From a virus, in IMG/VR virus record IMGVR_UViG_3300044673_000327, positions 1 through 64,000 of that record: a stretch of 64,000 bases of DNA; one strand, written 5' to 3'. Of this stretch, positions 1 to 9,331 are shown piece by piece. The notes below the pieces were generated by a model. The model worked only from the letters and a program-made list of their open reading frames with translations. It searched no databases and was not told the origin of the DNA. Each line of letters begins with the position of its first letter. Position 1 is the stretch's first letter. The translations under genes were made by a program, and so were the position numbers.

Positions 1-153
1 ATTCCGTACAGAACGCTCTCCGAAGCTTCCGATCTTCCGTTTGGAAACAAGGATCGGGAGCCGATGAAAGAGTTAATGAAGAGTACGGGGGTGGGGAGTT
101 TACGAATGGCAAGAGAGAAATTTAATTTATCTCGCTACTTTTGCGGAATTTGA
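1..153 (+). CDS. 3' end of a hypothetical protein (partial)
   Basis: Frame 1 is open from base 1 to TGA at 151-153, same orientation as the next genes. Confidence 0.35.
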   Translation: MPYRTLSEASDLPFGNKDREPMKELMKSTGVGSLRMAREKFNLSRYFCGI

Positions 154-199
154 TTACGGGATGTAATTAATTTATGACGCTTATCGAAAGTAAAAGAAC

Positions 200-433
200 A
201 TGATAGATCTTATTGCCTCTACCAAATTCTATGTAGGTCGCCTCTGTAAGAACGGACACGAACACGAGGGTAGCGGGGGATCTCTCCGTTACAACTCTTG
301 CAAAATGTGTGTTCAGTGCATCAAAGAACAGAGAGCGGAACGAGCCAAGAACGGTTACTTCCGAGATTATTATATCGAGAATAGAACGAGTATTCTCGAT
401 ATGAAAAGAAACAAAAGATACTGGAGGGGATAA
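200..433 (+). CDS. small Cys/His (probably Zn-binding) protein
   Basis: YVGRLCKNGH...GSGGSLRY...CVQC; paralogous to the N-terminus of 7500..7856. Confidence 0.65.
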   Translation: MIDLIASTKFYVGRLCKNGHEHEGSGGSLRYNSCKMCVQCIKEQRAERAKNGYFRDYYIENRTSILDMKRNKRYWRG

Positions 434-502
434 AGTAAATCCTCTTCTCATTTCTTGGATAGATTGTTATGATAGAAGTAGACAATTCCGCCTACTTCTA
501 TC

Positions 503-1423
503 ATGCACTTTTATACCTCTTCCAAGACAGGTGAAGTCCTTCCTTCTGTAAGTCATATCATCGATAAGACCCGACCTTTATCGGAGATTATCAAGATGAA
601 TAAACGCTTCGAGGCTAAGAAGAAAAGGGAGGGTTTAAGTGACAAAGAATTCAATGCACACTGCGAGAACGGAAGAAATCGGGGAACGTTAATCCACGCC
701 GTCACTCAATCCTATTGGGAGACAGGGGTACTGGATAGGAGTAATTGGAACGAGGTGATCGATCCGAAGATTAATGTTATTACGGGTAAACCCTTCACCT
801 ACGGGGATTATCTAACGGGGTTCGATTCTTTCGTATCGGATCTGAAGAAGGAAGGAAGAAAAGTTGAATTAGTTCTCGCGGAGAGAGCGGTAGTCTCCGA
901 TGTTCATCGGTTCGGGGGGAGGTTCGATTTAATCCTCGACATCGACGATCGCAATCATCTCTTCGACCTCAAGACCTTCGGGGGGTATCGACACCAATAT
1001 CTGAGCGAGAAGCGGGGTCATGACGTGATGATCTACCTCTGGGAGAAATGGAGAAAGCCTAGTCGGATCGGCATCAAGAAACGCAACCCCGAGACGGGGA
1101 GAATGAAAACCTTTTACGAACCCGAGGTATTTCCGGTCGAGAGCGAACGGGATTGGAGTCACGTATCGCATTGGGTGCGGGATAAGTTCATCCAACTCGC
1201 TCTCTACCGGACGGCGATCTTTGAAGATCTCCGCATCCCGATCCACCGGTGCAATATTCTGGTGTTGACCCCGAACGGTCGGTATCAACTGATTCCCGTT
1301 CCCGCGAGAGTGTGGGCGGGATGTCAGATGGAAGCTTACGATCGGGTAGCCCAATTCTGGAGAACCGAGGGCGATCGCTGGAAGTTAATGGCTAAAGAAC
1401 GGGAGTTATGGGAGACGGCATGA
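503..1423 (+). CDS. PD-(D/E)XK (Cas4/RecB-like) exonuclease
   Basis: LPSVSHII, RGTLIH, GGRFDLI, DLKT and QLALY motifs. Confidence 0.85.
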   Translation: MHFYTSSKTGEVLPSVSHIIDKTRPLSEIIKMNKRFEAKKKREGLSDKEFNAHCENGRNRGTLIHAVTQSYWETGVLDRSNWNEVIDPKINVITGKPFTYGDYLTGFDSFVSDLKKEGRKVELVLAERAVVSDVHRFGGRFDLILDIDDRNHLFDLKTFGGYRHQYLSEKRGHDVMIYLWEKWRKPSRIGIKKRNPETGRMKTFYEPEVFPVESERDWSHVSHWVRDKFIQLALYRTAIFEDLRIPIHRCNILVLTPNGRYQLIPVPARVWAGCQMEAYDRVAQFWRTEGDRWKLMAKERELWETA

Positions 1424-1683
1424 GAATTATCAAAGACACGATCGATAACCTAGACGACCTGATCGAATTACTCGATCATATCGGGATGTTGATGCCTTGC
1501 GACGATCAGTTTACCGATTGTTCTTCGGAGGTCAAACTTCAAATCGAGAATAAGCTTTACGAGTTTCGGGAGTATCTTAAGCGGGTGAACAAATGGAGAG
1601 ACGGGGTTTGGAGAAAAGAGGTTCACGACCATCTCGCCGAACTAAAAGCCCTAGATGAAGAGTTCGGTTCTTTTCACGACTAA
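1408..1683 (+). CDS. hypothetical protein (start probably ATG at 1420)
   Basis: ATGA coupling to the nuclease stop codon. Confidence 0.6.
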   Translation: MGDGMRIIKDTIDNLDDLIELLDHIGMLMPCDDQFTDCSSEVKLQIENKLYEFREYLKRVNKWRDGVWRKEVHDHLAELKALDEEFGSFHD

Positions 1684-1754
1684 CCGAACTCGCGCGGTGA
1701 TGGGAAAGGGGATAAGGAATAATCATCGGGGTTATTCCCTGTCCCGAGAGTCCT

Positions 1755-3074
1755 ATGAATCCTTACAATCCTTACCCCGAAGGCTATTTTCCCCGCGATG
1801 ACGATGCCGATTCCGAGGGAAGTGTTCCCCCCGAAGTCCGTAATCTGTTCCGTTTATTCTACTTCTCCCGTCCCGAGGGAGAGAACCCGAACGTTCGGAA
1901 ACGGATCGGCAAAGGGATTCCCGATCTCTCCAACCGATCGGACGAACTGGAGTGGGGACGGGAAGAGAACGAGAGAACCTATCTTCGGGTGGTCGATACT
2001 TTTATCCTGATTCAGTTCATCGGACAGGAGATCCAAAGAGAGTTAGAGGGGAGAGGTTTATCCGTCGGGCTATTCGTCCTCCCGAACTGGAGAGACGAGA
2101 GCGGGAACGCGGGTAGAGTGACGGTTAAATTACTCCGACCCGATAAAGAACAATCGGAAAGATTGATAGAAGATCGTCAATATATCACCGATGCTATTAG
2201 AATGAGGTTAGGCTGTACCGATGTGGTCGGGGAAGATTGTTTCGGGAATAAATTATTTCATCTTGGATTAAAAGACTCCTCTCATTCCTCTCCTTCCTCC
2301 GGTACGAAAGAAACTACCACCGGAAAAGAAATGACCGCCACTCTCGTATCTCAAGAAAACAATCGTACCGAATACGATGTCGTACCCGAACAGATCGACA
2401 TCTCGGGTATCGCGCGCGAATCCGTTTCTACCCCCGCCCCCCCGCTAACCTTCGGGCAGTTCATCTCCAATTGCGAGCGGGCGGGGATCTCCCGTGACTT
2501 TATCGAGTCCTTACCGCTACCCGATAGCGTAGCCCGTCAGATGCGGGATTCTCTTTACTCGGGACTCGACGGGATGATCTTCAACCCCGTAGCTCCCTCT
2601 CCATCCCCGACCCGTAATCGCCAAACGTCGGTAGCCGCGCCCGTCGCCGCGCCCGAGACCCCGAGAAAGAAACCCGGACGTAAACCGGGAGGGGCTACCA
2701 AAGCGAAAGGGACAAGAGGAAAAGCGAAAGCTAAAATCTCTACTCCCGCCCCCGAATCGTCGGTATCCAACGACGGGATCAAGGAACGGATGATGATGTT
2801 CCCGAAAGATTTTAAACCCGCGAAAAGTATCGGTAAGGCTCTATCCGATAAAGGGGAGACGGTGTACTCCGAGAACCTACGTCGCGCGCTCACGGTTAAC
2901 GGTAAGCCCCGTAATATGTACGCTAACCTGCAACGTATCGCCGATGAAACCGAGTACACCCCGTGGTGGGAAAAACTCATGTCCCTCACCCCCGGCGATC
3001 GAGAGGTGAATGAACCGTTCTACCGCGAGGCGGCGCGTTGGTTGTTGGCTCAACAATCGGAAGCGGCGGCGTAA
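1755..3074 (+). CDS. hypothetical protein with a Lys/Pro-rich linker
   Basis: 439-aa ORF preceded by AGGAATAATCATCGGGG and followed by a terminator. Confidence 0.75.
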   Translation: MNPYNPYPEGYFPRDDDADSEGSVPPEVRNLFRLFYFSRPEGENPNVRKRIGKGIPDLSNRSDELEWGREENERTYLRVVDTFILIQFIGQEIQRELEGRGLSVGLFVLPNWRDESGNAGRVTVKLLRPDKEQSERLIEDRQYITDAIRMRLGCTDVVGEDCFGNKLFHLGLKDSSHSSPSSGTKETTTGKEMTATLVSQENNRTEYDVVPEQIDISGIARESVSTPAPPLTFGQFISNCERAGISRDFIESLPLPDSVARQMRDSLYSGLDGMIFNPVAPSPSPTRNRQTSVAAPVAAPETPRKKPGRKPGGATKAKGTRGKAKAKISTPAPESSVSNDGIKERMMMFPKDFKPAKSIGKALSDKGETVYSENLRRALTVNGKPRNMYANLQRIADETEYTPWWEKLMSLTPGDREVNEPFYREAARWLLAQQSEAAA

Positions 3075-3129
3075 GTTTAGGTCTTGTGGGTGTTGGAAGT
3101 CTAAGAGTTTTCACGTTAAGGAAATCAGG

Positions 3130-3155
3130 GGTAGTTCTTCGGGGCTACCTTTTTT
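3130..3155 (+). terminator. intrinsic terminator
   Basis: GGTAGTTC-TTCG-GGGCTACC followed by T6. Confidence 0.8.
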
Positions 3156-3226
3156 GTTTTCTCTCTCTCGCTCGAACACCGCGGTAAGCTAGATGTATCG
3201 TGGCCGATACCCCCTTTTTAGGCGTT

Positions 3227-3447
3227 GGGAAGATTTCGGGAAGACTAAACCGAGAAATCCCGAAACCCAATCCTAGAGAGGGATTCACCCCTCGTATAAC
3301 TACGCTAGGAATAGTTACTTAACCCCTCGCCGATTCTCCGAAACCCCCTCCAAAACCCTTTCCCTGTCCGCATCCCGTCCGAGCGTGTCCGCTTAAAAGG
3401 ACATAAAAGGATATAATACTCGGGAAGATTTCGGGAAAGATCGGGAA
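3227..3447. other. candidate attP (arm-type direct repeats plus inverted-repeat core)
   Basis: GGGAAGATTTCGGGAA at 3227 and 3422; TAACTA-N9-TAGTTA at 3297-3317; directly upstream of the integrase. Confidence 0.55.
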
Positions 3448-3448
3448 A

Positions 3449-4759
3449 ATGAAAAACGAAAAGGGTAGAGAGAGAAAGCTAGAGGAAGAGAGAACGAGTG
3501 AACCCGAGAGAGAGAAGATCGGGAGTAAGGGATCGGGAAGGGATTATACCAAGCTCGATCGATCTATATCGAGAGCCAACGCTAAACTCGATCGGGCGAG
3601 TATCCGGAGAAAGGGGAACCGGTTGTACCTGAGAGTCACCCTACCCGATCGCGAGGGGAACGGACAGAAGAAAGAACGGGAGATCTCGACCGGGTGCATC
3701 GCCACCGACGAGGGATTAAAGGTAGCGATAGCCAAAGCCACCGAGATCGTTACCGCCCTGATGTGGGAAAGAGATCCGTGGGGGGTGATCGACGGGTGGG
3801 ATAGTCAATCGGAAAAGGAGAGGAAAGAGAGAAAGAGAAAAGAGAGATCGAGTTTAGAGGGAACGGTAGCGGGGTTAATCCGAGAGGGCAAGAAGATCCG
3901 TATCTTCGAGGTATTGAAACTGTACGAACAGGAATATTTCGCGATCCGCCCGAGAACCCCAACAACGGAACGGAGTTATAAAACCAGTAGACAGGCTTAT
4001 TTCAAGTTATTACCCCCCGAGGGGTTTCTCGATTTCAAGACCCTACGGGATACCCTGATCACCAAGACTAAACCCGATACCTGTAGCCGCTCGATCTGCT
4101 ATCAGGCGTTCAACGCCCTCGTGTCCTTCGCCAAGCTCGATATAGATCTATCCCCCTATCGGGGTAACTATAAACCCAAACTGAGAAACATCCCGACCCC
4201 CGAAGAGGTGGAGAGGGCGATCGATAACCTCCCCGATCGCTGGCAGTTCGTTCTCGGGCATATCGCCACGTTCGGACTCAGGGATCACGAGGTCTTCTTT
4301 CTCCATCTAGAACGGTTGACAGAAAATCCCCCCGTATTGGTGATCGACGAGAAAGGGGTCGATCGCACGAAGACCGGATACCGTATCTCCCTTCCCCTAT
4401 TCCCCGAGTGGGTAGAACGATGGGAGTTAACCCGATACCGTTTCCCTAACTTCCGTTACGATCTAGAGAAAGTATCGAATAGCCAACTCGGGGCTAGAAT
4501 CGCGATTAACCTCTATAACAACCACGGGGAGTTTCCCTATACCGTCTACCAGTTACGGGATTTCTACGCGGTCTATTGCGGGGTGTTGGGAGTTCCCGAC
4601 CATCTAGCGATCGCCATGATGGGACACTCCACCACCACCCATTACCAGCATTACAAGTCCCATACCGACGAGAGAAGATTGATCGAGGGATTCGTCAATT
4701 GGAGAGATGGAAGGGAGATCGAAAAAAGGGATTCCCGAAAGAATCCCCGTGGTGACTAG
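3449..4759 (+). CDS. int: tyrosine integrase (cyanobacterial phage type, N-terminal arm-binding domain)
   Basis: GLRDHE, KTG, YQLRD, MMGHS...HY catalytic motifs; N-terminal LYLRVTLP beta-sheet domain. Confidence 0.9.
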   Translation: MKNEKGRERKLEEERTSEPEREKIGSKGSGRDYTKLDRSISRANAKLDRASIRRKGNRLYLRVTLPDREGNGQKKEREISTGCIATDEGLKVAIAKATEIVTALMWERDPWGVIDGWDSQSEKERKERKRKERSSLEGTVAGLIREGKKIRIFEVLKLYEQEYFAIRPRTPTTERSYKTSRQAYFKLLPPEGFLDFKTLRDTLITKTKPDTCSRSICYQAFNALVSFAKLDIDLSPYRGNYKPKLRNIPTPEEVERAIDNLPDRWQFVLGHIATFGLRDHEVFFLHLERLTENPPVLVIDEKGVDRTKTGYRISLPLFPEWVERWELTRYRFPNFRYDLEKVSNSQLGARIAINLYNNHGEFPYTVYQLRDFYAVYCGVLGVPDHLAIAMMGHSTTTHYQHYKSHTDERRLIEGFVNWRDGREIEKRDSRKNPRGD

Positions 4760-4782
4760 ACCGATAATGAGGAGAACTCGTA

Positions 4783-5043
4783 TTAGGCAGAAGGCTCGGG
4801 AGCGGGAGCGTCGGGAACGATGCCCTTCACCTTCTCGACTAACTTCTGGATCTGCTCGACCCGTTCCGGTAATCCATCTTTAATATCCGCGAGTTCGTCG
4901 GCTTGAACCGTTTCATCGGTAATAGCCGATTCTAGAGCGGCAATAGCCGTATCGAGATCCGAGAGTTGCATTTTAATTTCCTCGATGGTTTTCGTTAGAT
5001 CGTCGTTCGTCGTCTGGACGATGACGGTTATTCGGGTAGGCAT
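4783..5043 (-). CDS. coiled-coil hypothetical protein
   Basis: 86-aa ORF with a heptad pattern. Confidence 0.6.
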   Translation of the reverse strand: MPTRITVIVQTTNDDLTKTIEEIKMQLSDLDTAIAALESAITDETVQADELADIKDGLPERVEQIQKLVEKVKGIVPDAPAPEPSA

Positions 5044-5115
5044 GGATTCAGCCCTAGGTTATTTACCCGCACTCATTCTACCATCGGGAGAGGGGTAGCA
5101 CGTCGATCTCTTTTC

Positions 5116-5418
5116 TTATCCCCTCTTCACGATCTCCTTGATTCTCCAACTCTCGATCCAGAACACCCGATCGCTTACCAAGCAGATGGGTTCGTGTTCG
5201 ACTATCTTCTCGGGAGGGATCTCGTCGCGGGCTACCCGACAGACCACGCCCCTAGAGTACGAACCATCGGAGTTAATGTATCTAACCTCGCTACCCGGTG
5301 GATACTCTCGGCTGTACGTGATGACATCGATACCCCGTTCTCTGGAGATGTCCGCCACGGGGATGTGATAGGTCGCGTATTTATTAGCCTTCGGGTATCT
5401 CAGCGTTAGCGTGGGCAT
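5116..5418 (-). CDS. hypothetical protein
   Basis: ATG start after a pyrimidine-rich leader. Confidence 0.6.
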   Translation of the reverse strand: MPTLTLRYPKANKYATYHIPVADISRERGIDVITYSREYPPGSEVRYINSDGSYSRGVVCRVARDEIPPEKIVEHEPICLVSDRVFWIESWRIKEIVKRG

Positions 5419-5460
5419 AGAGAGGAAGGAAGGAGAGGAGGTTTAATTTCTCTTTAAAAA

Positions 5461-5475
5461 TAGATCGTTAATCTA
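5461..5475. promoter_or_regulatory. candidate repressor operator TAGAT-N5-ATCTA
   Basis: Perfect palindrome; also at 15113, with one-mismatch copies at 8164 and 13756. Confidence 0.5.
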
Positions 5476-5514
5476 CTATTCTAATTATAGCCCTATCCCA
5501 TCCCCTAACCCCTC

Positions 5515-5542
5515 GGATAGCTACGCTACGGGGGGAGTGAGT
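5515..5542 (+). promoter_or_regulatory. motif B, GGATAGCTACGCT-N10-TGAR (copy 1 of 7)
   Basis: Exact 13-mer with fixed spacing, upstream of 5563. Confidence 0.75.
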
Positions 5543-5562
5543 ATTTAGTTAATGGAGAACCT

Positions 5563-6084
5563 ATGACGACCGCGACCGAAACCTTTGCCCCGATCCACGA
5601 ACGGGAGTTGATAGATTGTCAGATGCTTCTCGGTATCGATAAAAACGTGAGCTTTCTCTTCGATTCGACGGGGGATGTGATTCTCCGATATATCGACGGG
5701 GAAGGGTTCTCTCACTGGCGATGCGATATTTTCAGGGTATGTAATATCCCGCTCGGACAATACCCTCCAGCCCTTAAGAACTCTATCGATAGAGATCCGA
5801 GTGTTATCTACAAACTAGAGGCTTTGCGTCAAGCCCTCGATTGGGACGATAACCAGAAAGCTTTCGCGGACTACTGCCGCGCTAATTCGTTCCCGATCGG
5901 ACTCCGATCGCTCTCGGTTCCTATCAAAATCAGACGGGAAGATAACCGTGAACGGGAAGAGTGCGTTACTCTACTCGCCCCCCAGACCACCGTTCGGAAT
6001 CCCGACGAGTTTCAATTCTCGGGTAATTTCGACATCGATTCCAAACCCCCGACCTATTATCTATACGCGAGGAAGAAAACGTGA
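5563..6084 (+). CDS. hypothetical protein
   Basis: GGAG RBS, downstream of motif B. Confidence 0.7.
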   Translation: MTTATETFAPIHERELIDCQMLLGIDKNVSFLFDSTGDVILRYIDGEGFSHWRCDIFRVCNIPLGQYPPALKNSIDRDPSVIYKLEALRQALDWDDNQKAFADYCRANSFPIGLRSLSVPIKIRREDNREREECVTLLAPQTTVRNPDEFQFSGNFDIDSKPPTYYLYARKKT

Positions 6085-6311
6085 CAGAGCTTCTTTACCA
6101 ATTTCAAGATCTCACAAGAGATATTATCCGGCAATGGAGATATAGAGGGCGGATTGCCAAAGGGGAAACGGTCAGGTTGGATGATACCTATTACAAGGTA
6201 CTAGAAGTTATTCATCTACAATTCTTGGGTGATTACCTTGTTGTTTGTATCGTACATCCAGTGGACTTCGATCGCATCATCCAACTTCACAAAATAGATA
6301 CCTGTAGATAG
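6081..6311 (+). CDS. hypothetical protein
   Basis: GTGA translational coupling. Confidence 0.6.
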   Translation: MTELLYQFQDLTRDIIRQWRYRGRIAKGETVRLDDTYYKVLEVIHLQFLGDYLVVCIVHPVDFDRIIQLHKIDTCR

Positions 6312-6317
6312 AAAACC

Positions 6318-6614
6318 ATGAAAGCGATTCAAACCAAGTATCTCCCCGCTACCGATAGAAAAGGGAGTCGGATCAAGGCGTTCGACATAGATGGAAACTC
6401 GGTTACGATTCCCTACCCCCACGATATAGCGGGAACTGATAAATGCCATCAACTAGCCGCTAGAGCCTTGATGGACAAGATGGGCTGGAAAGGTAAACTC
6501 GCGGTTGGCGAGATTAAAGGGGGACTGGTCTTTTGTTTCGTCGAAAAGTACGTGGGATTCGGAATTACCAACCACTATACTTTCGAGCATCCCGATCCCC
6601 ATGACCCCACTTAA
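6318..6614 (+). CDS. conserved-type phage hypothetical protein
   Basis: MKAIQTKYLPATDRKGSRIKA N-terminus; operon position. Confidence 0.7.
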   Translation: MKAIQTKYLPATDRKGSRIKAFDIDGNSVTIPYPHDIAGTDKCHQLAARALMDKMGWKGKLAVGEIKGGLVFCFVEKYVGFGITNHYTFEHPDPHDPT

Positions 6615-6670
6615 TTAATACTTTCTTCTCGCTTCTCCCCTCTCTTTCAATCACAAAGGAACCGACTATC

Positions 6671-7402
6671 ATGACCCTAGCTACAGAAAAAGAAACCACT
6701 CCCTTCTCGATATTCGTCAATGCCGTTACCTCCGAATTATGCCGCGTCGCCCCGATGGATCTGGCGGACTGGTTCGTGATTCCCGCCGATGCCAATAACT
6801 GGCGAAAAGAACGTATCCACCACCAAATCGGAGTCATTAACGATAACGGGGTAGAGCGGAAAGTTTTCATCGAGATCTGGTTTCGCGATCCCTACAACAA
6901 CAAACAGGAAGCTCTTTTGAGTTCCGAGATAGAATACGTGGATGGACAGAAACGCCTATCCCTCGTCAACTTCCTCGACTGGAAATACAAACAGGGTAAA
7001 CACTCGATCTCTTTCTCCACGAATCGAACCCCCGAGGCGATCGCCAAAGACATCGCCCGTAAGCTAATCGACGAATATAATATCGGCGCGTACCGAGAGG
7101 CTATCGCCGAACTCCGGAATAACATCGATACCGCGCGACGAACCACCGAATACCTAACCCCGATCGCCGAACGGTTGGGGTTAATGGTTCGACGTAGTGA
7201 CTATCACGGTATTCAGTTACCCACCGGTATCGAGTGGACTCACTCGATAGAAATGACCACCAAGATCGAGAGAATCGAACCGTACTCGGGTTGCACGGAA
7301 TTCGAGGTTAAGTTCAAGCGATTGAATCGGGAGGAGTTAGAGCAACTAATCCAATTCTTCGAGGGTCTAGCCGCCCATGAAGAAATTATGGATAGCGAAT
7401 AA
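6671..7402 (+). CDS. hypothetical protein
   Basis: 243-aa ORF in the operon. Confidence 0.7.
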   Translation: MTLATEKETTPFSIFVNAVTSELCRVAPMDLADWFVIPADANNWRKERIHHQIGVINDNGVERKVFIEIWFRDPYNNKQEALLSSEIEYVDGQKRLSLVNFLDWKYKQGKHSISFSTNRTPEAIAKDIARKLIDEYNIGAYREAIAELRNNIDTARRTTEYLTPIAERLGLMVRRSDYHGIQLPTGIEWTHSIEMTTKIERIEPYSGCTEFEVKFKRLNREELEQLIQFFEGLAAHEEIMDSE

Positions 7403-7499
7403 TCTCTCTAGCTATCGGGGATAATTGAAATAGATTATCCCTGTTTTTTCTCGATCATGTTCCTCTCTTTCCTCTCTTTCCTTCTTTCTTAATCGGTCG

Positions 7500-7856
7500 A
7501 TGAAACAGAATGATGATACCCTGACGATGAATCGTTATCTCGGCAAGCCCTGTAAACACGGACATCTTTATAAGGGTACGGGAAAAACTCTACGGTATGT
7601 CGGGGATAAAGCCTGTGTTTACTGTTCCCGAGAGAAGACACGACGCTGGAAGGATAAAGATCCGAGTCGGAAAAAAAGATATTACGATCCGACAATAGCC
7701 TCTACCGTTCCCGTCGTGCTATCCCGCGCCCAGAAGAATTTATTTAAAGCCAATTGCGAGCGGGCGGGATTAACCCAATCGGAAGTGATTCGGGAACTGA
7801 TTCGGGAGTGGAATCGAGAACGGGAGAGCGAATGTCTATCCTCTCCCCGAAAGTAG
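7500..7856 (+). CDS. Cys/His domain fused to a ribbon-helix-helix regulator
   Basis: YLGKPCKHGH...CVYC; C-terminal VPVVLS...FKANCERAGLTQSEVIRELIREW (CopG-like). Confidence 0.7.
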   Translation: MKQNDDTLTMNRYLGKPCKHGHLYKGTGKTLRYVGDKACVYCSREKTRRWKDKDPSRKKRYYDPTIASTVPVVLSRAQKNLFKANCERAGLTQSEVIRELIREWNRERESECLSSPRK

Positions 7857-8156
7857 ATCGTTGACCCGTTCGACGTGGACGAGGATCAGCCTCCCGCTTC
7901 TCCGGTAGTGGTAATTCTCCTTGCCGAGACGGTATTCAAATAGCCAACGCCGAACGGTTCTCTCGTTCTTGGGGATGGGTTTTCCTTCCCCGCATACTTC
8001 TAAGAGCGGGATGAAAGAAGCGTCGGATTCCTTTCTGAGTTCGTTAATCACCAACTGGAGATTATCGTTACTCGCCCTGAGTACCTCGATCTCGTGGAGT
8101 AGGTAATCGAACTTCTGCTCTACCGTCAGGGCATCGGGGGGGAAGGATAGATCCAT
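7836..8156 (-). CDS. excisionase-like winged-HTH protein
   Basis: KNERTVRRWL...YRRSGRLILV; next to the repressor. Confidence 0.6.
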   Translation of the reverse strand: MDLSFPPDALTVEQKFDYLLHEIEVLRASNDNLQLVINELRKESDASFIPLLEVCGEGKPIPKNERTVRRWLFEYRLGKENYHYRRSGRLILVHVERVNDLLSGRG

Positions 8157-8225
8157 AAGAAAAGAGATCAACAATCTACTGTTAATCAGTATAGTCCGAT
8201 CTCCTTCCGATTTAGTGAAAGTGAA

Positions 8226-8645
8226 TTAATTACCCTTGCCGATCTCGATCTTGGAGGCGAGCATGGTTAGGAACCTCACGCGTTCCGATTCGGAGAGGTT
8301 AGCGGCTAACGCCATGAGTTCTTCCGCGGTCTCGACCGTCTTACCCAACTCGGGAACGACGATACCCCGTTCCCGATTGAGTTCCTTATTAATTTCCTGT
8401 AGCTCTACCCAGAATCGCGGGATCTCTATATCCCGTAAAGTACAGAGCCTGGATATGTTTCTTTCATCGGGGAACGAGTGCGCCGATAACCAAGATCGAA
8501 CGGTAGCGTAATTAGATTTGATGTATTCGGTAAATTTCCGATACGGCTTGTAATTATTCTCGGGGACGGGATAGACCCCGTACATATCCTCGATCCATCT
8601 TTTCAACCATTCCGCAAAAGCTTCCTTCATCTGACTTTCAGCCAT
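8226..8645 (-). CDS. CI/XRE-like HTH repressor
   Basis: YATVRSWLSAHSFPDERNISRLC; divergent from the replication genes. Confidence 0.65.
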   Translation of the reverse strand: MAESQMKEAFAEWLKRWIEDMYGVYPVPENNYKPYRKFTEYIKSNYATVRSWLSAHSFPDERNISRLCTLRDIEIPRFWVELQEINKELNRERGIVVPELGKTVETAEELMALAANLSESERVRFLTMLASKIEIGKGN

Positions 8646-9331
8646 ACCGTAAAACCTCTCTAGAGGCGTGATCAATAGAGGTGTATATCTCTCGACAACC
8701 CGTAGATCGTCGGTTCTCGCTCTACCCCGATCGGGATACACCCGATCGTTCTCTCTTGAAAATACCATAACGCTAATACACCGGCTATCGCAACGGTAAT
8801 AGATGGATCGGGCAATAGAAAAAGTCACGTCTTCAACCTACCCGCGAATGAAGGGGCAACGGTAAGTAGATCGACGTTCTTCTATTCGTACTTATGATAG
8901 CAGTGTAACGGTACGGAAATGCGGGGCGATACCGAGAAGATCACCGCGCGCCGTGATAGCGATCACCCGAAAAAGAACCCGATCGATCGATCGACTTTTT
9001 TAAATCTAACCCCCGTTAGCGTTCAAGGTCGTATCGTTTTCCCGCGACGGGGGTATTCCGATTTTCTATTGTTATTGTTTAAAGTTCCGTTATTCCCGAT
9101 CGGACGAGAGGATCTATAGAATCGGGGAGACGATCGGGGACGGTTCGGTAAAGGATTCGGAAAGAAAAAGTAGATTGTCGTATTACTTGATTTAGAATAG
9201 GGAAAGGTGAAACGGTAGGAACGGTTCACCCGCGCGGGGCAAAGATTACAGGTATCTAGCCACAAATAAAAAGAGGAACGAGAGATTCCACCCTCTCGCC
9301 CCGCGCCTACATTCATTTAAAACGTACCTCT

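Noticed and set aside
3294-3320. Eighth copy of motif B
   Set aside because: Two mismatches in the 13-mer and no TGA at the fixed spacing; treated as part of the att core.
8919-9316. ORFs 8919..9119 and 9023..9316 as a cro gene
   Set aside because: No HTH pattern or RBS; the region is more likely regulatory.
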